The position numbers were made by a program, and so were the translations under genes. Shown here one piece after another: positions 10,194-20,437 of a stretch of 64,000 nt of DNA. The DNA is from Candidatus Poribacteria bacterium. Its GTDB lineage: Bacteria > Poribacteria > WGA-4E > WGA-3G. The stretch's first letter is position 1. Each line of letters begins with the position of its first letter. The notes beneath the pieces are model-generated. The model was not told the origin of the DNA, searched no databases, and worked only from the letters and a program-made list of their open reading frames with translations. Where the stretch lies: the NCBI GenBank assembly GCA_963663765.2, contig CAXXUA010000005.1, positions 1,536,001-1,600,000 on the forward strand, written 5' to 3'.

Positions 10194-10240
10194 TAACTAT
10201 CTTTAGACTGTTCATGATAATAAGGTTCTAACGTTTTTTC

Positions 10241-10270
10241 TTGACATTCTTGTAAAGATTTATGTATACT
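10241..10270 (+). promoter_or_regulatory. Putative sigma70 promoter of the efflux locus
   Basis: TTGACA, 18-nt spacer, TATACT. Confidence 0.45.
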
Positions 10271-10344
10271 TGATATATAGTAAATAACTTGTATAACATT
10301 TCTGTTGCTTAATGTAATAGTCTCTGGACGATTTGTGTGGAAAT

Positions 10345-10791
10345 ATGATGGATGCTCTTTCCTTCCGAACAAACAGCGCGATTTTACCATTGATTTGCTT
10401 ATTCATATATGCTGCTGTCATACCAATGCAGTTGTCCAATTATGTCCTATGTATAGGTGAGGATGGACATATTGAATTTGAATTTGCGGGTCATGGGTGT
10501 TGCATAGATGTCCATTCACATGATCACCATCACACTGAGACAGGTCATGCAGGAGATGATGACCACTGCGGCGAATGTTTAGACCTTCCTATTTTTGCAT
10601 CAATCAACAGTTGTTTATACTTGGTATCTTGTGAAGAAAATCTGGTAGTTGAGAATGACATTGCATCAGCGATGCAGATGACTCATAGGGTCACTGTTCC
10701 TTCAGATGCATCAATATCCCCCTATTCAGTCATTCCGCCATTGATTGATCCTGTACTTATTTCACTTCGTACTGTCACGCTCCTCCTTTGA
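10345..10791 (+). CDS. Small His/Cys-rich membrane or exported protein upstream of the metal efflux operon
   Basis: Hydrophobic N-terminus, LCIGEDGH, CC, HSHDHHH, CGEC, C-terminal LRTVTLLL. Confidence 0.75.
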   Translation: MMDALSFRTNSAILPLICLFIYAAVIPMQLSNYVLCIGEDGHIEFEFAGHGCCIDVHSHDHHHTETGHAGDDDHCGECLDLPIFASINSCLYLVSCEENLVVENDIASAMQMTHRVTVPSDASISPYSVIPPLIDPVLISLRTVTLLL

Positions 10792-10984
10792 TCCCTCCTT
10801 TGTACTATTGCAGTACTTTTCTTGTCCTTAATTCTCCAATAAATATCCATAATGTAGGATGGCATACATGTCGTCTGTGTCTATAATCGTTTAACATGTC
10901 TTATGCGGTTACCCGTGGACGTTCCATATTTATTGACACTTTACAAGAACGTATGTGCCATCTAACTTGTGAGGAGTACGATGT

Positions 10985-12229
10985 ATGAAAAACAGAATGA
11001 GTCTTACCTATGCATTCATAGGAATATGTCTTTTTACCTTTTTGGTATTACCGTTAACCGTTTCCGATGCTCAAAATGAGAAAGTATCGCTTGAAGTTGC
11101 AATTCAGGCTGCATTGCGCGATAATCCTGCACTCAAAGCGATCCATGAAGAAGTTAAGGTTGCCCAAGCACTACTTGACGGCATTCCGCTGCTAAGTAAT
11201 CCAGAATTGGAATCCGAATATGTCAGCGGTCTTCACGCAGAGCAGATTTTTGAGTTAAGCAAAACCTTTGAACTGGGTGGTCAACGCGCTTATCGAATAC
11301 AGATAGCAAAGGCAAATCTTGAAAAAGTCAATCTTGAATTAACTGATAAATCTCGATTGCTTACCAAAGCAGTGAAACTTGCTTTTTATCAACTTGTTCT
11401 CATCCAAGAAAAGCTGAAATTGGCTAAAGAGATAATCAAACACAATCAAGAGATGTATGAAATGGCACAGTTTCAGTTTGAAACAGGTGATATATCTGTT
11501 ACACAGGTAGGGTTAGCAAATATCCAGTTGCAATCTGCACGTCGAGAATTTTCTACCTTAGAAAGTGATTTACAGTTGGCGCAGCTTGAACTAAACGGTC
11601 TTATGGGAACAAAACTTGATGGAACGCCGGCTGCAATTGGTGGATTTCCAAAGAAACCAACAAAGAAGATGAATATCAATATTTTGAAAACGCATGCCCT
11701 TGCACATCGTGCTGATCTGAAGTCGTTGAGAATAAATACAAAACTGACAGAAAGCGGTTATCGTCTTGCAAAAGCATCAAACATTCCGGATCTCAATATC
11801 GGTGGGATTGCAGAACGTAGTTCAGGTGAGCTGGGATTCGGTGTGAAGTTCTCATTACCTTTACCACTGTTTGACAGAAATCGCTCTGAAATACAATCAG
11901 CAAAGGCACAAAAGCAAGTTGATACCATACGGGTTAGCAATACAGAGAGGCAAATTACACGTGAAGTGATAAGTGCATTTGTTGCTCTGAATGCTACCGA
12001 GAAAAACCTTAGTTTTTATGATGATAACTTGTTGAAACTACTCAACGATAATCTAACCCTGACCCTTACTGCCTACGACTTGGGGGAAGCAGAACTATTA
12101 GAGGTCATCTTGCTTCAGAGTGAATTTGTAAAGACGCGCTTTGCTTATCTTGATGCACTTGCAGCATATCGTAAAGCAATCGTAGAACTTGAAGCAGCAA
12201 TCGGTACGTCTATTGAATTAGTGCAGTAG
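10985..12229 (+). CDS. TolC-family outer membrane efflux protein (CzcC-like)
   Basis: Signal peptide, NPELE, FELGGQR, LPLPLFDRN, LEAAIG; GAGGAG RBS. Confidence 0.92.
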   Translation: MKNRMSLTYAFIGICLFTFLVLPLTVSDAQNEKVSLEVAIQAALRDNPALKAIHEEVKVAQALLDGIPLLSNPELESEYVSGLHAEQIFELSKTFELGGQRAYRIQIAKANLEKVNLELTDKSRLLTKAVKLAFYQLVLIQEKLKLAKEIIKHNQEMYEMAQFQFETGDISVTQVGLANIQLQSARREFSTLESDLQLAQLELNGLMGTKLDGTPAAIGGFPKKPTKKMNINILKTHALAHRADLKSLRINTKLTESGYRLAKASNIPDLNIGGIAERSSGELGFGVKFSLPLPLFDRNRSEIQSAKAQKQVDTIRVSNTERQITREVISAFVALNATEKNLSFYDDNLLKLLNDNLTLTLTAYDLGEAELLEVILLQSEFVKTRFAYLDALAAYRKAIVELEAAIGTSIELVQ

Positions 12230-12282
12230 GTTTTATTTATGATCCATGCAATGTGTACTGAATATCTATAAGGAGAAAGAAA

Positions 12283-14154
12283 ATGCGACGTTACTTACAT
12301 TTGACTTTACTATATCTGGCAATATTTGTTCTTGCGAATGGTGGTTTGTTTTTGTCAAATACCTATCACACATTAACTTGGGCTGAAGAAGAGGATGATC
12401 ATTCACATGAAGTTGATAACGCTGTTGTTCTCAGCGATAAAGCAAAAGTGAATATTGGTTTGAAAACATCTGAAGCAGACTTACGGACCATTGAAAAGAT
12501 TGTTCAGGTTACAGGTAACATCATTGCCCATCCGGGAAAACAAGCGGTTGTGACACCAAGGATTAGCGGTATTGTGAAACGCATCCATTCTAATCTCGGT
12601 GATTCGGTTAAAAAAGGTGATGTACTGCTTGAATTAGAGAGTATAGACTTACAATTTGCTGAGATCGATCTGATTGAAGCTGTACATCAACAGAAATCTT
12701 TAGATACCAAGTTGGAAAAACAGAAATCGGTTTTTGCTAAGCAGATACAGCAGGAACTACAGACGCTCCAGATAGACTATCTGGAGTCGCATGCGGAGTT
12801 GCAAGAGCAAAAAAATACCTATCAGAATCATAAGTCGATTGCGATTGCTAAAACAATTTCTGCATTGGAGCAGCTGCGTGTTGATCTTGTCAAAACCGAT
12901 GTTGAACGTAGACTACTTGCGGACACACTTGCACGCATTGAAGCATTGACTGAAAAACGGATTTCTGCACAGAAGGAATTGATTTCCCAGAGAGCTGCAT
13001 ATACACAAGCAACCAACGCATTTAGAGGTACGAAACGGAAATTTCAACTTCTCGGAGTTAGTAAAGAGACAATTCAAAGCATCCTTGAGGATGAAGGAAC
13101 GACACCGATTTTGGCTCTGTTGAATACAGATACCAAACCCAAGAGTAAACCTCAACTAACAGAGAATGTAGATGCCTTGAAGTATGTTTCAATCGTTGAG
13201 GAAGCAACGACATTGATAGATGCTGAATCCGCTTACAAAACCGCTGCTATCAAGGCAAAAGCAAATAGATTACGTGTCTTAGCTGCAGGTATGACAGCAG
13301 AGCAATTGGAGCAAATTTCCACATCAGGTTTGATTATACCGTTCAATGATTTATCGGTAGATAAACTGATAGAAAATTATGCTCCCTTCATGACGAGTTC
13401 AGAGACGTTGGAAGCATTACTGCAGACAGAAGAAGCGCAGCGGAATGTTACTATCATGTTTACAAAGGCACGACGGAAACTTGAGGTGTTCGGTATGACT
13501 GCAGATAAGATAGACAAACTTATTGAAAATGAGAAATCAGATTCTCGCTTTTATGTCACTGCGCCGACCGCAGGACAAATTATCAGTCAAAACGTGAAGT
13601 TAGGTGCAACAGTTGAGAAAAGTGATGCTTTGTATTCCATATTAGATTCTAATGTGGTGTGGGTTGAAGGAGAGGTTTATGAAGATATACTTGCGCTGAT
13701 TCATGACAAGTGGGAGGTCGGCAGTGAAGTTCGGGTTCGTGTTCCTGCATTTCCCGAAAATGTTTTCGTTGGTAAGGTCTCGCAAATATCTTCAGTCGTA
13801 GATTCGGAGAAACGGACGGTGCATTTTTGGACACTGGTTGACAATCCTGATCATAAACTGAAGCCGGGGATGTTTGCTGAACAGACGCTTGTTATTGAAA
13901 AACTGGACGATGTCTTGAGTGTGCCCCTGGATGCTGTTCTTAAAGATGGTGCGTCTCAAGTTGTTTTTGTTGAGTCTGGCAACACATATATGAAGCATGA
14001 AGTTGTGATTGGTGCAAAGGATGACCGGTATATTGAAATTAAAGATGGGTTATATGCTGGTGAACTTGTTGTCGTGCAAGGGACACATCAACTCCTAAGT
14101 GCATCGGCAGGAACAGCGACAGTTGTAGACCCTCATGCTGGACATTCACATTAG
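12283..14154 (+). CDS. RND periplasmic adaptor (CzcB/CusB-like) with an expanded helical region
   Basis: VTPRISGIVKRI...GDSVKKGDVL, VTAPTAGQI, LKPGMF, His-rich termini. Confidence 0.9.
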   Translation: MRRYLHLTLLYLAIFVLANGGLFLSNTYHTLTWAEEEDDHSHEVDNAVVLSDKAKVNIGLKTSEADLRTIEKIVQVTGNIIAHPGKQAVVTPRISGIVKRIHSNLGDSVKKGDVLLELESIDLQFAEIDLIEAVHQQKSLDTKLEKQKSVFAKQIQQELQTLQIDYLESHAELQEQKNTYQNHKSIAIAKTISALEQLRVDLVKTDVERRLLADTLARIEALTEKRISAQKELISQRAAYTQATNAFRGTKRKFQLLGVSKETIQSILEDEGTTPILALLNTDTKPKSKPQLTENVDALKYVSIVEEATTLIDAESAYKTAAIKAKANRLRVLAAGMTAEQLEQISTSGLIIPFNDLSVDKLIENYAPFMTSSETLEALLQTEEAQRNVTIMFTKARRKLEVFGMTADKIDKLIENEKSDSRFYVTAPTAGQIISQNVKLGATVEKSDALYSILDSNVVWVEGEVYEDILALIHDKWEVGSEVRVRVPAFPENVFVGKVSQISSVVDSEKRTVHFWTLVDNPDHKLKPGMFAEQTLVIEKLDDVLSVPLDAVLKDGASQVVFVESGNTYMKHEVVIGAKDDRYIEIKDGLYAGELVVVQGTHQLLSASAGTATVVDPHAGHSH

Positions 14155-14177
14155 GAATTCGTTTCAAGGAGAATACA

Positions 14178-17100
14178 ATGTGGTCAAAAATTACCGAAAG
14201 TGCACTCAGGAATAAACTGCTTGTTATTTGCGGTCTCATTGCTGCAATTATTATCGGTATCAGGATGTTCCAGAGAGCACCCATTGACGTTTATCCGGAT
14301 ATCAATCCACCTCGGATTACTGTCTTGACAGAAGCACATGGTTGGTCACCAGAAGAGATGGAGATGCTGGTGACGTTACCAATTGAAAGTGCAATGAACG
14401 GTGCGCCAGATGTAACACTGGTTCGTTCATCGTCAGCAATAGGTTTATCGCTTGTTTTCGTTGAATTTGAATGGGGTATGGATATATTTCTTGCGCGGCA
14501 GATGGTTAACGAACGGTTGCAGCTTGTTGCCCCAAATTTACCAGAGGGTGTTGATGCGCCAATCATCTTGCCGACCTCGTCCCTTCTGGGTGAAGTAATG
14601 GAATATGCACTTGTTGATGAGTCCGAAGAGAAGTTGGATCCGATGGAGATGCGCGACATCGCGGATTGGGAGATTCGGTTCCGGTTGCAATCACAGGGTG
14701 GTATTGCAAATGTCATTAATATTGGTGGGTATATCAAGCAATATCAGGTATTTGTTGATCCTGATCGGTTGATAAGTTATGGTTTTTCACTTGAGGATGT
14801 CGCACATGCGCTTGAAAAAAGCAACGACAACGCATCTGGTGGGTTTCTGGTCAAGGACGCACGCGAGTTGATGATACGTGGTTTGGGACGGATTGCGACA
14901 GTGGCTGACATAGAGAATGTCGTGATTGATGTTCGGGAACATTACACACCTGTGCTTATTAAGGATGTTGCGACGGTCAAGATCGGATCGCTGCCTGAAA
15001 TACGTCGAGGTGCAGGAAGCCGTAACGGTGAAGAAACCGTGTTAGGTAAAGTCATCAAACAGCCCGGAGAGAATACACTCAATCTTAGTGAAAGAGTGAA
15101 AAAAGAATTGGAATCATTGGAGAACGCTTTACCTGAAGGAGTAAATGTAGAAGTTGAATACTCTCAAGCGGATCTGATTCAACGGGCGGTGGATACGGTG
15201 AAAGAGGCACTGCGCGATGGTGCGATTCTGGTTGTTGTGGTTCTCATCATCTTCCTCTTCAATATCCGTACTGCTTTTATAACTTTAACTGCTATCCCTT
15301 TGTCGTTGATAATTGCTGTTATAGTGTTGCTTTATCGAGGTGGAACGTTGAACATCATGACACTTGCGGGTTTGGCGATTGCTGTGGGTATGGTGGTTGA
15401 CGATGCGATTGTCTATGTAGAAAACATCTTTAGACGTTTACAAGAGTACTTTCATCAACGTGAAATGGGGAATGAAACAGACGAAACACCGACACAGGTT
15501 GTAACGCGTGCCAGCGACGAAATGCGAGTATCTATTGTATTTGCAACATTGATTATAATCCTTGTGTTTTTACCGTTGTTCAGTCTTAGTGGTATAGAGG
15601 GAAGGATGTTTCGTCCACTTGGTTGGGCGGTAGTAATTTCTATGGCGGCGTCCCTGCTTGTAGCGTTAACAGTCGTTCCAGTGTTAAGTGAACTAATGCT
15701 TGGACGAGTGCAAGCAATGTCATTGCACGAATATACGCCATCCCAACGACGCGGTCTGTTTACCTGGATTAAGCGGTTTTACAACGGTTTCCGAAATCTT
15801 GTGATACGTTGGCGGTTGTTTGTTGTTAGATTAGCACCGGATTCAGATGTTGAAGATGCCTTGACGCTTCAACCTGTTGTGATGTGGATAAAACGTGCAT
15901 ATCGTCCTATTTTGTCATTGGTGTTACGTTTGCGTTGGTTTGTGGTGTCGGTTGCATTGTTACTTGTTGTGATAACGGGTACATCTGTTACACGTTTAGG
16001 GACAGAGTTTTTGCCTGTGATGGACGAAGCTACGTTTACTATTAGTGTGTTTTCACCACCAGGAACTTCCCTCGGAGAATCAACACGTATTGGTCGTGAA
16101 ATGGAAAGACGTTTGTTGGATATAGATGAGGTGACAAGCGTCAGCAGTCGCACGGGACGTGCAGAAGCGGACGAACACGCGCACGATGTGAATACGCATG
16201 AAATTGTAGTAAATTTCATCCCACCTGATGAACGTGAAAAGACGCGCGAGGAACTTCTTACTGAAGTGCGTGACCTGCTCTCTGTTGAGAACTTTCCGGG
16301 AGTACAAGTATCAGTCGGGCAGCCGATTCAGCACCGTCTTGACCATCTGCTATCGGGTGTGAGTGCACAAGTTGCTTTGAAGTTGTTCGGTCCTGATCTT
16401 GAAACGTTGAGACATCAGGCTCATGAAATTGAAGATGTTATATCTGATATTGATGGTGTTGCGGACTTACAGGTTGAGCAACAGGTGATGGTTGAACAAC
16501 TCCAGATCAAAGTGAAACGTTTAGAAGCAGCACGGCATGGGTTAAGTGTACAAGACATAACACATTTCGCAGAAGGTGCATTCAAAGGTGAAACCGTTAG
16601 CCAGATCATTCAAGGGCAACGTCAGTATGATCTTGTTGTGCGGATTGACCCAACCATTGTGAATACTGTTGAATCTTTTGGTAACTTGAAACTCCGAACA
16701 CCTTCAGGTGCATTCATTCCATTGAAACAGGTTGCGGATGTGAACTTAGGTTTGGGACCTAATACAATCAATCATGAAAACGCCTCACGCCGTATTGTGA
16801 TTCAATGCAATGTACAGAATAGGGATCTTGGTAACTTTATTGCTGAAGTTCAGGAGGAGATTGAAGCTCATGTTGATTTACCTGAAGAATACTACCTTAC
16901 TTATGGTGGTCAGTTTGAAAGTCAACAGAGCGCGCAAAATCGTATCCTCATACAATCCGGTTTAGTTTTCATCGGTATTTTTATATTGTTGTATCTTGCC
17001 TTGGGATCACTTAAGCTTTCAGTGCTGGTTGTCCTGAATCTTCCCTTAGCGTTGATCGGTGGTATTATAAGTGTGTTTCTTACTGGTGGTGTGTTAAGCA

Positions 17101-17438
17101 TTCCGTCTTTAGTTGGTTTCATTCTGTTGTTCGGTATTGCAGTGCGAAACGGTATCATCTTGGTTACACATATCAATACGTTACGTTCAGAGGGTATGCC
17201 GTTATATGATGCGGTAGTGAAGGGGGCATCGGAACGAATTAGTCCGGTGTTGATGACAGCATTGACAACTGGATTGGGGATGTTACCGCTGGCGCTCGCA
17301 CACGGATCGGGTGCGGAACTCCAGAAACCGCTTGCCATTGTCATCAGTGGTGGTATGATTACAGCCACCTTTTTGACGCTACTCGTGTTGCCTGCTTTGT
17401 ATTATCTTGTTGAAAAACGTGGTGCGGATTCTGTGTAA
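14178..17438 (+). CDS. CusA/CzcA-family heavy-metal RND permease
   Basis: PIDVYPDINPP, GMVVDDAIVYVENI, GIAVRNGI, ERISPVLMTA, GAELQKPLA. Confidence 0.95.
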   Translation: MWSKITESALRNKLLVICGLIAAIIIGIRMFQRAPIDVYPDINPPRITVLTEAHGWSPEEMEMLVTLPIESAMNGAPDVTLVRSSSAIGLSLVFVEFEWGMDIFLARQMVNERLQLVAPNLPEGVDAPIILPTSSLLGEVMEYALVDESEEKLDPMEMRDIADWEIRFRLQSQGGIANVINIGGYIKQYQVFVDPDRLISYGFSLEDVAHALEKSNDNASGGFLVKDARELMIRGLGRIATVADIENVVIDVREHYTPVLIKDVATVKIGSLPEIRRGAGSRNGEETVLGKVIKQPGENTLNLSERVKKELESLENALPEGVNVEVEYSQADLIQRAVDTVKEALRDGAILVVVVLIIFLFNIRTAFITLTAIPLSLIIAVIVLLYRGGTLNIMTLAGLAIAVGMVVDDAIVYVENIFRRLQEYFHQREMGNETDETPTQVVTRASDEMRVSIVFATLIIILVFLPLFSLSGIEGRMFRPLGWAVVISMAASLLVALTVVPVLSELMLGRVQAMSLHEYTPSQRRGLFTWIKRFYNGFRNLVIRWRLFVVRLAPDSDVEDALTLQPVVMWIKRAYRPILSLVLRLRWFVVSVALLLVVITGTSVTRLGTEFLPVMDEATFTISVFSPPGTSLGESTRIGREMERRLLDIDEVTSVSSRTGRAEADEHAHDVNTHEIVVNFIPPDEREKTREELLTEVRDLLSVENFPGVQVSVGQPIQHRLDHLLSGVSAQVALKLFGPDLETLRHQAHEIEDVISDIDGVADLQVEQQVMVEQLQIKVKRLEAARHGLSVQDITHFAEGAFKGETVSQIIQGQRQYDLVVRIDPTIVNTVESFGNLKLRTPSGAFIPLKQVADVNLGLGPNTINHENASRRIVIQCNVQNRDLGNFIAEVQEEIEAHVDLPEEYYLTYGGQFESQQSAQNRILIQSGLVFIGIFILLYLALGSLKLSVLVVLNLPLALIGGIISVFLTGGVLSIPSLVGFILLFGIAVRNGIILVTHINTLRSEGMPLYDAVVKGASERISPVLMTALTTGLGMLPLALAHGSGAELQKPLAIVISGGMITATFLTLLVLPALYYLVEKRGADSV

Positions 17439-17516
17439 CACCAAATTAACGTGATCTGGATTGCTAAGTGGTTGACTCGTCAAGAATTTATGCTATAATT
17501 CTTCTATCTATTGAAT

Positions 17517-17653
17517 TATAGTGGATTTTAGAATTATTTTTACACTTTCAGGTGTAGGAGGGAACTCCGATTCCCGACTATCAAGGCGTTCAGTCGCGAT
17601 TCGGAGATCGCTCCTACAGAAAAAGTGTAAACTTAATTGTATATTTCACTATA
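17517..17653. mobile_element. Family-A MITE carrying an inverted REP doublet
   Basis: TA-TAGTGGATTTTAGAATTA ... TAATTGTATATTTCACTA-TA enclosing GTAGGAGGGAACTCCGATTCCCGA and TCGCGATTCGGAGATCGCTCCTAC. Confidence 0.8.
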
Positions 17654-17673
17654 AAATGGAGAGGAGAAATGAG

Positions 17674-17945
17674 ATGGGAAAACGGATACATCATATTCGT
17701 GAGGTTAATGAAGAAGAAAACACTGAATTGAGGAGACTTGCGAGTTCACGCATGCACCCCTTTCGGAAGGTGCAGCGTGCGAAGTTGATTGTCAGCATGC
17801 TTGATGACGCGACGCTCACAGCGAGCCAAGATGCGAAAGAGGTGGGTTTCAAATCAAGCAACTCCGGCACGTGTTGGGTCAAATGGTTCAATGAAGATGG
17901 TATCCAAGGGCTTTCCGATAAACCGAAAAGTGGCAAACCCCTTAA
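17674..17945 (+). pseudogene. IS630-family transposase N-terminal (HTH) remnant
   Basis: ELRRLASSR...VQRAKLIV...WVKWFNEDGIQGLSDKPKSGKP, truncated before the DDE domain; GAGGAG RBS. Confidence 0.8.
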
Positions 17946-17971
17946 ACTCCTTATTTTAACAGGTATGGAAA

Positions 17972-20251
17972 TTATTCAACATCCAACTCTCGTATTATAG
18001 ATGTTAGATCCCATAATAGTAAGGTATCATCAAAGCCAAAACTGGCAAGTGTTTTCCCATCATCACTAAAAGATAAACCTGTAATTTTTCTTGAATGTCC
18101 AGCAAGCGTTTTTATAATTTCTCCAGTACGTAAATCCCATAGGTTTATAATCTCATTATCGTATCTCGAATTCATCCCAGGGCTTTCAGTTGCCAATGGT
18201 AAACCGTTAGGGTAAAATTTAACATACCAGAAAAAATGTTTATCGCCAGAAATTGATTGTACTTGTTGTCCGGTATCTATATCCCATAAACGGACCGTTC
18301 CATCCTTGCCTGTACTCGCAAGAGAACGTCCGTCATAACTAAAACAGATACTTGTAACAGCATCCGCGTGTCCTGTGAGAGGTTTCTCTATTTGCCATGT
18401 AGAAGCATTCCATAGATCTATAATCCCATTCTCATAACCCACAGCAAGCATACTTCCATCGTGATTGAATGATAAGACCAGATCAGGATCACGTCCCATT
18501 TTAACTGACGGTTTTTGTCTTGTACCTATATTCTTATATTTACCAGTAGTAACATCCCATATATACAATACATACTCATGATCACCTGCGACAAGAATTT
18601 TACCATCTGGGCTGAAGGTGGCATCTTGGATTAAATTCGTATATCCTTGAAACGTTCGTTTATGTCTGCCGGTAGAAACATCCCACAAACGAATCGCCTT
18701 ATCTTTGTTGACACCCCAACTCACAAGGGTACTGCTATCCGGACTAAATACAACTCGGTTAATCCGTCCTTTATGGCCTTTTATTGTTCGCTTGTGTTCA
18801 CCTGTGGTGGCATTCCAAAAACGAATTAACCCATCCTTACTTGCATTCCAACTCGCTATTGTTTCTCCATTTGGACTCACCAGAACATCATGTGGCCAGC
18901 TGCCTTTAGAGCTATTCGTCTTCCCAATAAGTGTATGCAACCGTTTCGTAGCGGCATCCCACAGAGATAAAGTTGCGTTCGATTCTGAAATGATGGCTTT
19001 TTCTCTATTAGGAGTGATAGCAATATAATAGGTATCATACTGTATATGATCAGAATTATCTCTTGGATTAAGGTTTGAAATAGTCCTCTTAAGTTTCCCT
19101 GTCGTAATATCCCATATACGAATACCACCTGGATAATCTACAGTTGCCAGCGTCTTTCCATCAGGACTAAAGGATGCATTCGTAAGGTAACCGGTATAAC
19201 CCTTGAAACGTCTACGTTTACCTGATGCAATATCCCACATTCGAATTTCGTAACCGTTAACCAAACTAAGAATCAATTTTCCATCAGGACTAAACAGAAT
19301 ATTTTCTACCCCACTTACATAACTTGTCTCCTTGTTGTCTTCATTTTTATCGGAAAAAGTCTGTTTAAGTTTACCAGTCGTTGAATCCCACAGGTGGATC
19401 GTTCTGGATTCGCCTGCGGTAATGAGTATACTTTGATCCGAACTGAAAATCGTCCTTTTTATCTTTTCTTTTGTTTTTATTTTATCGGATATAACACCTT
19501 GAATCGCAAATGGTAGTTTTAGTTCCCCTGAGGTAATATCCCAAAAATTAATCGTCATATCCCTGCTTACACTAATTAGTGTGCTTCCATCCGGATTGAA
19601 TGATAAGAAAGTAATATCATCCTGGTGACCTGTTAGCGTTCGTATGTGTTTGCCTGTTTTAACATCCCACAAACGGACTGTCTGATCATGACTCCCACTT
19701 GCTATGATTTTGTCATCTGGACTATATGCCAAACAGGATATATAGTCTTCATGTCCTTTGAGTATATGTTTGGAAGTATTCGTCTTTGAATCCCGTATAT
19801 GAATTTCCTTGAAACTTATAGTTGCAAAAGTGTTTCTGTCTGATTTGTATGTCGCATTGCGAGGGAAATCATGCTTCTTTTTTGACGGTTTTTTGATTTT
19901 CGATAGAGTAACATCCCAATAGGTGATTTTATGACTGAACCTTTCCATACCTGCAAGAACTGTCCCATCATGATTAAAATACACTTTCTCCATTTCCTGA
20001 TGACTTCGAGTAAACAGTTTCCGTTCCTGATATGTCTCAGTGTCATATACCCAAATACCAATGGTAGTCGCAACTGCAAGTATAGATCCATCAGGGGAAT
20101 ATTGCATATCATTGATCCGTCCCTTTCCAAAACGGGCGATTGCATCATCAGGTAACTCCCATTGTGTGTAGCCTTGAGCATATATATTGGGTATGCCGAT
20201 TTGAAGAAGAAGGAGTAACAAGCTAATTATAGATAGTACTGTTTTTATCAT
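17972..20251 (-). CDS. Secreted WD40-repeat protein (759 aa)
   Basis: Signal peptide; many GH...FSPDG...LWD repeats. Confidence 0.93.
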   Translation of the reverse strand: MIKTVLSIISLLLLLLQIGIPNIYAQGYTQWELPDDAIARFGKGRINDMQYSPDGSILAVATTIGIWVYDTETYQERKLFTRSHQEMEKVYFNHDGTVLAGMERFSHKITYWDVTLSKIKKPSKKKHDFPRNATYKSDRNTFATISFKEIHIRDSKTNTSKHILKGHEDYISCLAYSPDDKIIASGSHDQTVRLWDVKTGKHIRTLTGHQDDITFLSFNPDGSTLISVSRDMTINFWDITSGELKLPFAIQGVISDKIKTKEKIKRTIFSSDQSILITAGESRTIHLWDSTTGKLKQTFSDKNEDNKETSYVSGVENILFSPDGKLILSLVNGYEIRMWDIASGKRRRFKGYTGYLTNASFSPDGKTLATVDYPGGIRIWDITTGKLKRTISNLNPRDNSDHIQYDTYYIAITPNREKAIISESNATLSLWDAATKRLHTLIGKTNSSKGSWPHDVLVSPNGETIASWNASKDGLIRFWNATTGEHKRTIKGHKGRINRVVFSPDSSTLVSWGVNKDKAIRLWDVSTGRHKRTFQGYTNLIQDATFSPDGKILVAGDHEYVLYIWDVTTGKYKNIGTRQKPSVKMGRDPDLVLSFNHDGSMLAVGYENGIIDLWNASTWQIEKPLTGHADAVTSICFSYDGRSLASTGKDGTVRLWDIDTGQQVQSISGDKHFFWYVKFYPNGLPLATESPGMNSRYDNEIINLWDLRTGEIIKTLAGHSRKITGLSFSDDGKTLASFGFDDTLLLWDLTSIIRELDVE

Positions 20252-20307
20252 TTGTAAGACCTCCTATTACATTCTCACCATAACGATATGTTCCGACTAT
20301 GTTATTT

Positions 20308-20435
20308 TAACGTGAGTTTGATAAATGCCCATTGTAGCGCAAACTGGAAAGTTTGTGCTACAAGAACCGCAAGGTGAGCCTTCGGAGAAAAAACCTGTTA
20401 TTGAGCTGATGTCATTTATTATCAAACTGGCGTTA
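20308..20435. mobile_element. Family-E MITE (128 bp) with a REP-like hairpin
   Basis: TAACGTGAGTTTGATAA ... TTATCAAACTGGCGTTA; internal GTAGCGCAAACT-GGAA-AGTTTGTGCTAC. Confidence 0.7.
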
Positions 20436-20437
20436 TT

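Noticed and set aside
8231-10390. Numerous overlapping ORFs
   Set aside because: By-products of the GC-rich mosaic repeat
17521-17673. N-terminal extension of the IS630 fragment
   Set aside because: It translates MITE/REP sequence; the real start is ATG 17674
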